Position numbers and translations under genes: made by a program. The notes under the pieces are model-generated. The model searched no databases, was not told the DNA's origin, and saw only the letters and a program-made list of their open reading frames with translations. Positions 12,156 through 24,196 of a stretch of DNA of 64,000 bases are shown here, in pieces. Where the stretch lies: the NCBI GenBank assembly GCA_004022145.1, contig RCNU01000002.1; one strand, written 5' to 3'. How positions within the stretch are numbered: position 1 is the stretch's first letter; each line of letters starts with the position of its first letter. The stretch comes from Paecilomyces variotii (taxonomy: Eukaryota).

Positions 12156-13034
12156 TCATGTCTGCTGCCGTGACTTCGGAACCGCTCCTGTCATAATATA
12201 TCGAAAGACCTCATCAATCGGCAACGTATTTGGCTCTGCCTTGAACTGCACATGGTTGCGCTCAGCAGCAACATCGAACTCCACACCCGCTCCCCCAGGC
12301 CTTTTATGAACTCCCACGATCTCCATCTCATCACCATCAGCTTCTTCCTCCCCTTCTTCCCCGGACTCCTCTTCTTCCTCCAATCGTCGTCGTAGACCAG
12401 TCACGACATTCTGAATACCCATCTCCTTCTCCTCTAAAGTGTAATTCCCACCCCATTCGCGTCTTCTCGCTTCTTGATTCGCCTCGATAGGCGCCCATTC
12501 CCACAGCTCCGCTAGCTCTTCCTCGCTCAACCCATCTTTGTCCTGGAGGGCTGAAGCACCAGCACTGCGTCCGCGAGAGACCCAGTCTTCGACGCGCGGG
12601 TCGAGTTTTGTGCGCAGTAATTGCTCGAGTGTACCTGACTGCGTGCGACCAGGGTAGTTAGGAGCAGGGTATGCGACGAGAGAGGAAAGGAGATCGTTGT
12701 GTTCGGACAGCTGCTCGGAGACGCTGACGAGGTTGTTCGAGATGATGCTAGCTTGGGACTGGAGTGATGCCCTGTTTCAGATCGATTAGATATTTTATAC
12801 AATATAATGCGCAGATAACAGGCGTTTTTTTTCTTTCTTTTTTTATATGTGATTTTCATTTATTTGTGTTTTATTTAGGGCCTGAAGGGACGAGGAAAAA
12901 GGAACATACCATGACGGAAGAGGATCACTCTGGTTGAGACTCCCCACGAGCGATCCCAAAGAATGGGTCAGGTGTACGAGACGCTGGCGCGTCTGCTCTA
13001 GGACCTTTATCTGATCTGGGGTTAATGTCGCCAT
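12156..13034 (-). CDS. MED8: Mediator complex subunit 8; exons 13034-12910, 12771-12156
   Basis: Spliced product LEQTRQRL...SDPLPSW|ASLQSQASIISNNL...VAYPAPNYPGRTQ..LEQLLRTKLDPRVEDW...LWEWAPIEAN resembles fungal Med8. The middle part is missing from the ORF track. Confidence 0.88.
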
Positions 13035-13471
13035 CCTCAATCGAGAGGTCTGGGAAAGTTTGTGGTTTGAGGGAGGTAAATTGCTGAGGAGGAGTGCAAT
13101 GGTCCAGCGCAGACGTGGTTGGTATATCTGCTCGAGGCTTGGCTTTCCGACTCCGAAGCTCCCAGGCCCGCTCGGGCGCTTCTTCCCCACAGCTGCGAGT
13201 AAGGCATGTAGGATGCAGAGAGGGACCCGACGTGATCATGGTCCCTTACAGAATAGGTAAGTGTCTAAGGTAATGAGCTTCTTTTTATATTCTGAAAAGC
13301 CTCTAGACTAACGTTCCACATATCTCAAGCTCATATATAGATTCTTGACGCGTTAGAATCCAGGACAGGAAATATATAGAGTTGCTATGTGCTCCGTATG
13401 TCATGCACTATATACTTAGGCATATGATTCTAGACCCACGACAGTTCCACTAGCTGCACAATCGAAGAAGA

Positions 13472-14822
13472 CTATTTTTTCTTCAGCACAGGAACATCCT
13501 CGTATCCATCTTCTAGAAAAGCTTTCAAAGCTTCTAGTCCCTGTTCCAACACCTGCGTTTCTGGCACGAAGCCAATCCGGACGTAGCCCTTGAAATCTTC
13601 TCCCTGGCCAAAACATGCGCTACCGGGCACGAACATGACTCCGGTACGCTCCAGCAGCATCTCGCAGAATGCGACATCATCCACTGGCTTTCCCATTTTA
13701 TTGAAGCGGACAAAGGCGGTTGTGCCTGCCACAGGCTTAACCCAGTCGCACGCCCAGCGGTGAGATTCGACAAAGGCTTCTAGTAGGGCCAAGTTCTTTT
13801 TTGCTAGGCCAATGTTCCGCTGCAGGAGATTGCTCACGCAGTCTGGAGCCAGGGCGAAACGCGCAACTGCATCATCTATCTGGCTGACCGAGATGGTAGT
13901 ATAGTCTCTTGTAGAAGCACAGGCTTCGATAATAGTCTTGCTGCGTGATGCGATCCATCCCACACGGATCCCCGCCAACGCATACGCTTTGGACAGAGAG
14001 CCGGTAGCCACAGTATTCTCGTACCCCAGGGACAGTATCGAGGGCGGGAATTCTTTATCGGCAGGGCTGATGGAATGAAAAAGAGGTCGGTAGACTTCAT
14101 CAGAGAGTATGGTGATAGATTTAGACCCAGCGATCTCAACGATCTCCTCGAGAGTCGAACGGGGAATAACGGCGCCGGTTGGGTTTTGGGGGTTACTGAA
14201 CACACATGGATCGTTAGAAGGTATTCGCCTGAGCGGGAGGTGAATTCAAGACTCACTTGAGGATGATCAATTTCGTGTTCGGTTTGATGAGCGCTTCCAG
14301 CTCCTTCACGTCTAATTTCCATCCGTCTGCTTCTTTCGATTTCCACAAACTCACCTCCGCTCCCAGAGACTCTGGCACGGCGTAGAGCTGTTGGTAGGTA
14401 GGATAATGACAGATGACATGGTCGCCTGGTCCGACCAGCGTATACAGAAGCAAAAAGTTTGCTTGAATTGCTCCTGCAGTGATGAGGATATGGTCTCGAG
14501 GTAGAGGAGATGGTGTTTTGACCGAGTAAAGGTTAGCCAGATTCTGGCGCAACTCGTCTGAACCACGGATCGGACCGTAGGTGAGTTTCTTTGTAGACAG
14601 CGCCAATGGATTGGTAGATTTATCGTCTGATATCTCCCTCAGGTCGTCTATCGAGATTGATGCGCTGCATGTCTCCGCGATGTTGTACTTCGCTGTCGTC
14701 TCGTACTTGTCCATCCACTATTGCAGCGGGGTCAGTGAGTGCGGGGAACATTGAAGCTTGTATTGCTCCTACAATACAGAAGGACATACTTGCTCAACGG
14801 CAAATGCTTCGAGTTTAACCAT
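13472..14822 (-). CDS. PLP-dependent aminotransferase class I/II; exons 14822-14790, 14717-14257, 14195-13472
   Basis: MVKLEAFAVEQ|WMDKYET; NNPQNPTG, DEVY, PLP-lysine motif SLSKAYALAGIRVGW, terminal YVRIGF. Confidence 0.9.
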
Positions 14823-15006
14823 GGTCGCTCTTGTTGACACGGCAGCCTCGCGGGAGAAGTTCTTGCAGTACAGGAAGACGAATAGGTGTCATCTTTGGTT
14901 GCTGGGCCGGAGGGGGCGCTTTTGAACGAATACCGGATGCCCTGACGCCCTTGTCGGGACATCGCGAGGAACGCATCACGTGCCCGGCCCGCTCCCGTTA
15001 ACCCCG

Positions 15007-15062
15007 CAGGCTCCCAGGCTCTCAGGCTTTCAGGCCCTCAGGCCCTCAGGCTCGCAGGCAAG
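15007..15062. repeat. Seven tandem 8-bp units with invariant CAGGC core
   Basis: caggctcc caggctct caggcttt caggccct caggccct caggctcg caggcaag. Confidence 0.9.
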
Positions 15063-15664
15063 ACCGGGCGTTACCAGGGCAGACAGTTGGCACATCCGGA
15101 CTTGGAACCGTCACCGCATATACTAGGTAGTTGTACCAAGCTAACTAACCTACGTAACCTGCGACCTCGATTCCTCAAACATGTCTAGCAGTCATTCAGT
15201 CATCTCATAGTCTCCCCTTTTGTCTCTTTGGTCCAGCGTTCCCCGGTTGCAGGAATCTGTGTCGAAGACCAGTAACCACTAATTAACTAGCACAGCCACG
15301 CGGCGAGCACTAATCATCTGCCATCCTACCTGCCTATCAGGTAACCTACGATCAGGCCGTCTGCGGTGCTACACCATCCAACCCTCCATCCGGTGCTGTC
15401 TTCTAGCTCTTGCAACCTCGAGACCATCGCCGCCGCTGCGTATTCACTTGATATTCATCGCCAGCAGGCCTGGCCGGTGCTGAAGCTCCTGATCTCTTGG
15501 CTGTACCTGCCTTGGTAGCTCCATGGTGTCCCGAGCTTCGCATTGTCCGACGTCTTTACGGCAGTGAAGCGACTCTTCCGCCTACAACGCTCTCGAGTGC
15601 TTGAGACCATCGCCAGCGGCGCGCTGCTATCCTTCTGCCTCCATTGTTCCGAAATTGAGGCAAA

Positions 15665-18600
15665 ATGCGGCATCTGACATCTCTCTCATGGATATTGGCT
15701 GTCCTCTCCGCATCAGGCACGGCTGCGGCATCGCGCAATTACTCCAATCCCAATCTGCTTCCTCCCCTCCTCTCAGTATATGATGATCGACCACCAGAGT
15801 GTCCGCCCTGTTTCAACTGCCAGCTCGACGCTTTCCAATGTACTCAGTACGCATCATGCAATCAGTACACCGGCAAGTGTTCATGTCCTCCCGGCTTTGG
15901 AGGCGATGATTGTTCGGAACCGACCTGTGGTTCCCTTGCGGACGGGCTAAACAGAGCGCCACGACACGACAGATACTGCAACTGTAAGGATGGTTGGGGC
16001 GGCATCAATTGCAATGTGTGCCAGACGGACGATGCATGCAATGCGCTGATGCCAGATGGCGAAGGGGCTGTGTGTTACAAGCAAGGTCTGGTCGTGAACG
16101 AGAACTACCAGATGTGCGATGTCACAAACAGGAAGATCCTGGACCAACTAAAGGAACGGAAACCCCAAGTAACCTTCTCGTGTGAAACAGAGGAGCATAC
16201 CTGTAACTTCCAGTGTACGTGTGGAGTTTGCATCCTTTAGTATACCTTATTATACATAGCTAACATTATCTCGCAGTTTGGGTCGACCAGAGGGAGTCAT
16301 TCTATTGCGCTCTAGACACCTGCGACTTCAGTATCGAAGCTGACTATTACCGCAATGAAACCCACTACAAGTGCGAGAACATCCAGTGCAAGTGTATCCC
16401 CGGACGTATGCTGTGTGGCGAAGAGGGATCGATCGACATTGGCGAATTTTTGGAAGAGAGCATCCGAGGCCCGGCATCTTTCTCTACACTCTCCACTGTT
16501 GATGGTAGTGACAAGGACGGAAGTAAATTCCAGGAACCGGCGATGAATGATCTCATCAAGAGCGTCTTTGGAGACGAGTCCATTACGCTGAATTGCCAGT
16601 CCGGCGAATGTCTCTACAAGACTGATGTTCCTGGATACGAGCGTCCGGTTAAGAAGATTAACACACCCCTCATTGCCGGTGTCATCGCTGGATGTGCTCT
16701 TTTCGTCGTGGCTGTCATCCTCGGAGTATGGTATCTGTCCCGACGCGCGGCGTACCAGAAATACGGTGCTATTCGACTTTCAGAGGAGTCGGATGATGAA
16801 GATGCTAGACTTCTCGCCGATCATAAACCCGCGGCCCTTCACTTTGAGAACGTGTCCTACTTTCTAAATGGAAAGGAGATCCTCTCCGAGATTCAGGGTG
16901 CAGCTCAACCGGGACAGATTACAGCCATCATGGGCGCATCCGGAGCCGGAAAGACAACGTTCCTCGACATCTTAGCCAGAAAGAATAAGCGGGGTGTTGT
17001 CCGTGGTGACTTTTATGTCAACGGAGAGAAAATAAGCGACAATGACTTCAAGAATCTCATCGGTTTTGTGGACCAGGAAGACACGATGCTTCCGACTCTG
17101 ACCGTGCATGAGACTATCTTGACCAGCGCCCTCCTACGGCTACCCAAGGACATGAGCAGATACACTAAAGAACAGAAAGTGATCGAAGTTGAGAAACAGC
17201 TTGGGATCTACCACATTAGGGATCAGCTGATTGGGTCTGAGGAGGGCAAAGGCCGCGGCGTTTCCGGGGGCGAGAAGCGCAGAGTTGGCATCGCCTGTGA
17301 ACTTGTTACGAGCCCCAGTATTCTTTTCCTGGACGAGCCTACTAGTGGACTTGTAAGTTCGCTCTCACGTTTTTTTTTGACTACCGCAAGCACATGCTAA
17401 TCGCGACACAGGACGCATACAACGCTTTTAATGTGGTGGAGTCTCTGGTGACATTGGCGAAGACTTATAATCGTACCGTGATATTTACTATTCACCAGCC
17501 ACGCTCCAACATTGTAGCTCTATTTGATCGCCTTATTCTGCTTGCCAAAGGGAAGACTGTCTATTCAGGCCCATTCTCTAGCTGCCAGCAATACTTCGAT
17601 AATGTCGGATACTCCTGCCCTCCTGGATTCAACATTGCGGACTACCTTGTCGATCTCACGATGCACGCCAGTATTCCGAGATCGCCTATCGACGAAGAAC
17701 CTCTCGGCTTGTTTACCCACTCGGACCACTTAAAAACTGCGTCAAGCAGCCTGCGGGCTGTCAAGTCTATTGCCAGTGCGTCAAACGCCAGCTTTGATGA
17801 CACCCTGAGGAATCCGCAAGACTTAGGTCGGCCTAAGAATAAACGACGGCAATCATTGAAACAGAAGCAGGACAGGCAGCTTTACAGCAGGAAGAAGGAT
17901 ACGGAAGCTCCCCCCACTCCGAAGACCGATGAGGAGGATGCAACCCTGGATTCTGGGCCAGAGAACACCCAACAATGGCTTCGTCTTTCTCGTCAGAACC
18001 GGCCTCAGCAGTCAGAAGATCCGGACCAGCTTCTACCAGCTGCTCCAGGTTCTAGTACAGATCTCGACATCCTTGTTGCAAGCTATGCCAACTCTGATGT
18101 TGCTCGTTCCGTCCATGATGAGATCGCAACTGCTGTTCAAGGTGCGACTACGGCTAATGGATCGGCGGATCTGCATCGGACGCCTTCGCACCAGATGAGA
18201 GGTTATAAGAGGATTGGTCTCCTGCAGCAATTTGTGATCCTCTCTCAGCGCACGTGGCGCAATCTATACCGGAATCCCATGCTCATGTTGACGCACTATG
18301 CGATTTCTATTCTTCTTGCAGTACTGTGCGGATACCTCTTCTACGGCCTGACGGATGATATCAAGGGTTTCCAGAACCGCTTGGGCCTGTTCTTCTTTAT
18401 CCTGGCCCTCTTTGGATTCAGTACTCTGACCAGTCTCACTGTGTTCTCCTCCGAGCGTCTGTTGTTTGTGCGTGAGCGCGCCAATGGCTACTATCACCCG
18501 GTGACCTACTTCGCCGCCAAGGTCCTTTTCGATATAGTGCCTCTGAGACTCATCCCGCCTATCATCATGGGTATCATCGTATATCCAATGACCGGGCTGA

Positions 18601-19115
18601 TTCCCGCATGGCCTGAGTTCCTGAAATTCATCCTGATTCTTGTCCTTTTCAATCTGGCAGCAGCCGGCATCTGTCTTTTCATCGGTATAGTCTTCCGGGA
18701 TGGAGGCGTTGCCAATCTGATAGGGAGCTTGGTCATGCTTTTCAGCTTGTTGTTTGCTGGCCTGCTTCTGAACCATGACGCCATCCCCAAGGCCGCTCTC
18801 TGGTTGCAAACGGTAAGTTTTCTGCAACCCGGGACTACGATTCCGATTTTGATAATGTTTGGATGCTGATATGTGTAGCTGTCTATTTTCCACTATGGAT
18901 TCGAAGCTCTTATAGTCAACGAAGTGACATACCTGACATTGATCGATCATAAGTACGGTCTCGATATCGAAGTTCCCGGTGCATCGATTCTGAGTGCCTT
19001 TGGTTTTGACACTTTGGCTCTCTGGAATGATGTGATTGGGCTGGCTATCATTTCGGGCGCCTTTATCGTAATCGCGTATACAGCGATGCACGTTCTTCTT
19101 GTAGAAAGGAGGTGA
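15665..19115 (+). CDS. ADP1: ABCG half-transporter with lumenal EGF-like repeats; exons 15665-16214, 16277-17352, 17412-18812, 18879-19115
   Basis: Signal peptide, Cys-rich EGF-like region ([19 protein letters not shown]), a TM helix, Walker A GASGAGKT, signature VSGGEKRR, Walker [14 protein letters not shown]-terminal ABC-2 TMD. Confidence 0.95.
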
Positions 19116-20063
19116 TCAGCGCGGCTTACGAGTCACTATGATATTTCGACGTGCTCTGAAATTTGGAACAGAGTACCAACTTTCCACTCTGTTATCTGGC
19201 GTTTGTGGTCGATGATTATGAGGACCCGTCGACGCGCTGTGTTTATGAGCAAACTTGTCGTTACCGTCCCTCGTTTTCAACGTGGGAATAGCATCATGTC
19301 TATATATGTGAAGTACTCCCTTTATTTGTGACCTTAGGACTTGATTGAAAGTGTATCAGCTACGACCACGATGGCTTGCATTTCAATGTAGACTTCAAGC
19401 AGGATGGTTTTCGGATGGCTCAGTAGTGATGACAGGTATACTGTAGAACGCAAGAGAAGTAGTTCGACGTTAAATGACCAAAGACGGAAGCGGAGGATAG
19501 CTTGCCCGACTCATATGTAATAATAATAATAAAGCCAGTTGAGGAGACTATGGCTTTCGACAAGACGAGTAGTTAACTAACCAAGAAACATATGTAATCC
19601 TTATCTCTGTAGGTTCTCGACTGCCATCTCCGCTTCCGGAGTGAGCCTCCGCGGTTGTCCCCCACTAGCAGAAAGCTAAGACGCCCGGGCCAGCACAGAC
19701 CTGAAGTTCACCGTCGCTGTCAACTTGGACAAGCATCACGTCCACAACTGTCCAGCTCACCTCGATCCAGTCCACGCCCTCCTACCTCGCCTTAATCTCT
19801 CCATCTCCAGTCGGCACCCGGCTGCTATACTCTGTTTCTTAATCACAGTATCGCCTTGTCCTCTAGTCCGTACGTTCTGCTGCTCAATAGCCGCTGTCGC
19901 CAGTCTCGTGAAAACCAGTTGAGCGCACGTCACACCTCCGTTTGTTCTTGAGCAACGGTCTCGCAGCGTGGTCGCACTTCCCGAGTGCATACAATTAATT
20001 ACATACATACGGTTTCTTGCATCTGACTCTCCAACTTCGAGAAAAAGAGGTCTCTCCACAATC

Positions 20064-20769
20064 ATGTCGGGAGAAGCGTGGCTTTACCTTCTGGCGGTGC
20101 TCATCAACGCCGTCAACCTATTTCTGCAGGTTTTCTTCACCATCATGTACAGCGATTTGGAATGGTTAGTACGCGATTGCGGTGCTTCTGGGGGTCATTG
20201 ATGACACGCGCCCATCGCGATTTGCCATGGTGTGCGCTCGTGGAAATGAACCTCCATTATCACCATGCCCAAATCCGTGAAAATGGAACTTACGAGCTGA
20301 CTCGACTGATATAGCGACTACATCAACCCCATTGACCTCTGCAACCGCCTGAACGCTTACATCGTCCCCGAGGCCGCGGTTCACGCTTTCCTGACACTAC
20401 TCTTCGTTATCAACGGTTACTGGCTGGCTATCATTCTGAACCTGCCACTGTTGGCTTTCAACGCAAAGAAGTATGGTTTCGCTGTCGGAAACTGCATATG
20501 GGTTTATCTATCGGAGATGGTCAAGCTAACCGATGCCTTCTACACAGGATCTACGACAACCAGCATCTGTTGGATGCGACGGAGATCTTCCGAAAGCTGA
20601 ATGTGCACAAGAAGGTAAGCTAGTACTAATAGGTGGCGGATTCTCTTGGGTTCTCTGATACTAACACTCGCTCCAGGAATCCTTCATCAAGCTGGGCTTC
20701 CACCTCTTGATGTTCTTCTTCTACCTATACAGCATGATCGTCGCTCTGATCCGGGACGAGTCGGAGTAA
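20064..20769 (+). CDS. ERV14: Cornichon-family ER cargo receptor; exons 20064-20164, 20314-20470, ~20548-20614, 20677-20769
   Basis: [24 protein letters not shown]...[12 protein letters not shown]...[17 protein letters not shown] after removing three GT-AG introns. Confidence 0.93.
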
Positions 20770-21552
20770 ATGCCTCATTGAACAACGGATGAGATGCATA
20801 CTGGTTGTACTGGCTGAGATTCTCTGTCTCCCGGTTCTTCGATCGAGTGAAAGGCAGAAGGTGGTTTCAACATGGACTCTGGGGTTTTACACAGCCCAGA
20901 GGCTAGGGTGTTAGCTGGACTCTCCCGCTGATACCGGTGATATTAGCACACTGGAGACAGTGAGAGAATCGCGTGTGGAGGGGGAGATGGTATGATCAAC
21001 ATACAGGGGGTGTGTACGAGTGAAGGATGAAATCCGAGGAAGGACAGGGTTTGCGGACATTGCTTGGTGTTTGACTGTGTCTCACTGGCGCTGGGACTAA
21101 TGATATATGTCAGTGCAAGATGGATCTGGAAGACTGCAGCCATGCGTTCACGAATGTAAAGTTCTGTTTACTTATTATTTGTATATACCACCCAATCGGT
21201 TTGGTAACGAAGTTCTCTACGATACCCTCTTGCTCCGCTGTACTTCAAATTGCAATGTTGTATTTGTAGCTATAAAGCTATGTATTGAGCCTTACAGAAA
21301 TGGTCATCCTGCTCTTCTCCCACGTGGCGATCGACTCTTCTGAGCTCTCTCACCATCTTGGATTGGATTAACGTCATGGCGGTGGAGCGCGTGCTATTTG
21401 CGCTTGGGCGACTTGGTGGCAACCGTAAATTACATTCTGGGATCTGCTTTGCTTGGCGGCGAAGCTTTCGATCGGAGATCAACAGCGCTCCCTCTCGTCC
21501 TCGTCGCACTTTGCAATAACGGCGAGCTGCGTCGCATATTCATTCGCAGATC

Positions 21553-23380
21553 ATGGCTTCTTTACTGGGAGCCGATTATGACTCGTCCAGTGACGATGAA
21601 GTCAAGAAGTCCGTTCCGGCGGTAACAGCAGCGACCAAAGTTGTCGCGGCGCCAGATGTCAACGTAGAGGTTTGGTCCCCAGCTCCTAGAACGAGTCCCC
21701 TGCGAGATCATTTGGGAGCCGGCACGGTGTATATGTGATGATATCTAACAGACTCTGCAGGATCAAGCGCACATGCAGATGATGCTCGCTAATACGTCAT
21801 CACAAGCCCTGACTTATAACGCGACATACGATGATCTATCTCGGCCGTCTCAGGGGCCTGCGAACCCTTTTCGACCAGCTGGGTCGGGTAACGGCCTCAA
21901 GCGCAAGAATGTACCGACTGGGCATGCCGAAGAAACTGCGATCAGTGAGGCGACTTTCCGTGAGCAGCACCGGACATTTCAGAGTTTGGGCTACACGCGC
22001 GACCCGACGAGGCCAGGCCAGTTTGTTGGAAGCCTTGAGAGTGCCGCGCAACATGGCGGGAAAGACGTGGTGCAGATGAAGCCCTCGAAAGAGGTCTCTG
22101 CAGCCTTGCGAGCTAAGAGGCAGAAGAGGGGTGATCCGAGCATCGTCGAAGGAGAGGGCGCCTATCTGGGTCCGTGGGCCAAGTACGTCGACGACGACCA
22201 GGTCTATGAAGAAGAAGCTGCAGAGGCTGGCCAGGAGCTAGCTAGTGACGAGGAATACGTCGAGGAATTACTTGCTCCGACAGATGCTGCTCCTATTCCC
22301 AAAGAAGCAACGGATTATCATGATGACTCGTCGCAGACGGAGACAACAGAGTTCCACGGTTCTGAACAGTTCGATTATCTGGGAAGGACGTATATGCATG
22401 TCCCGCAGGATCTGGATGTCGATCTGAAGAAAGAGCCCGGGAGTGTCAAAAACTACGTACCGAAGAAGCTTATCCATACCTACAAGTCTCATACAAAGGC
22501 TATCACATCCCTGCGCTTCTTCCCCAATTCGGGTCACCTATTGCTGTCTTCGGCTGCAGATGGAAAGGCGAAGCTATGGGATGTTTATCACTCACGGGAG
22601 CTGCTGCGAACATTCTCTGGTCATTCTAAGGCGATCACGGATACGAATTTCCACCCGACAGGCACAACGTTCCTTACCGCTTCGTACGATAGACAGATCA
22701 AGCTCTGGGATACGGAATACGGCAAGTGCTTGGGACGCTTCTCGACAGGAAAGACACCCCATGTTATCCGATTCAACCCCGATCCTGAACACTCGCACGA
22801 GTTTCTTGCCGGTATGTCGGATAAGAAGATTGTTCAATTCGATACACGATCGGGCGAGCTCGTCCAGGAATACGATCATCACCTTGCCGCCATCAACACG
22901 ATCACATTCGTTGACCAGAATCGGCGCTTCATATCCACCTCTGATGACAAATCCTTGCGTGCTTGGGAGTACAATATCCCTGTCCCAATCAAGTTCATCG
23001 CCGAGCCTTATATGTACGCTCTAGTGCGTGCAGCACCACACCCCAACGGAAAATATGTCGCCTTCCAATCTGGAGATAACCAGATTGTCGTCTACGCATC
23101 GACCGACAAGTTCCGCCAGAACCGCAAGAAGAGTTTCCGCGGACATAACAATGCCGGATATGCGATCGATGTGTCGATCTCGCCAGATGGCCAGTTTGTC
23201 ACCTCTGGAGATAGCGGTGGCTACGTGTGTTTCTGGGACTGGAAGACGGGCAAGATGTATCACAAGATCCAAGCCGGAGGAAAAGAAGGCCAGGCTGTCA
23301 CCTGTGTTGACTGGCATCCACAGGAGACGAGTAAGGTCGCTACGGGTGGTCTGGAAGGAGTCATCAAATACTGGGATTGA
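21553..23380 (+). CDS. PRP17: Pre-mRNA splicing factor Prp17/Cdc40 (WD40); exons 21553-21669, 21761-23380
   Basis: YLGPWA, DYLGRTYMHVP, WD repeats, EYDHHL, RRFISTSDDKS, FRGHNNAGYA, ends IKYWD. Confidence 0.95.
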
Positions 23381-24196
23381 TTTTTATTTTGGGGGGTTCA
23401 TAATAAGAACCAGAAATCCTGTTGTTTATTGCATCGTCACGAATCCGGGTGATGAACGTTTGCTTTTCTTCAATCTGTCACTGGCGTGTATGCCTGCATT
23501 CCCCTGTAAAGTTAGATAAATAGGCTGAAGGTGATATCACCAAGAATATCAGATACTGGTTGGGATATAATAGTGTCTTGATCTTGCTCAATCCAGTTTG
23601 TTGGATATTGCTAGTTTGTCCTGCGTGTTCGACATTATTAGAGACGATGTGTAGAGATCTCGATGATCATGTTGGAATTGCATGCCTTTCAAAGCCCCTT
23701 TGTTCAGTTGACTGTAGAACTGATAGGAGAGAATGTAGAGTCTGGTTCATGTAAGGAATCCAAAGTTGGCGAAACAGAATAAAACAGCAGAGACACTGTC
23801 CAATTACAATAAAGCCAATATTCCTTAATTAGTTTCTCTTCGACCCTTCTAACTATGAAAGCTTCTGCCATTTCTGACAAATCAGTTGGCTTTTGTTGAG
23901 CTGCATTTGCTATTATTTAACTAACTAGTTAAATATCTAGCATATTATTTTTAACCGCAGCGAACACCAGGTGGCCTGAGCTCCCCGTCGACCTTCCCCG
24001 GACGCCCATGAAACTTTCCGCCCAGTGAAACTCCGAGCCTCGAATCTAAGAATTATCAGATCTTCGAAACACAAAGCTTGAGCACCTTGCGCACCAGCTG
24101 GCTTGAACTTGGAATTTGAGAATCTTCTGAAAGAGTCGTTCCCGACCATGAGTCCAGCAACGGTCGTTCCTTCGCACTGCTAACAATCTACGCGCC

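Noticed and set aside
18264-19091. 275-aa antisense ORF over ADP1
   Set aside because: Shadow ORF with no independent coding features.
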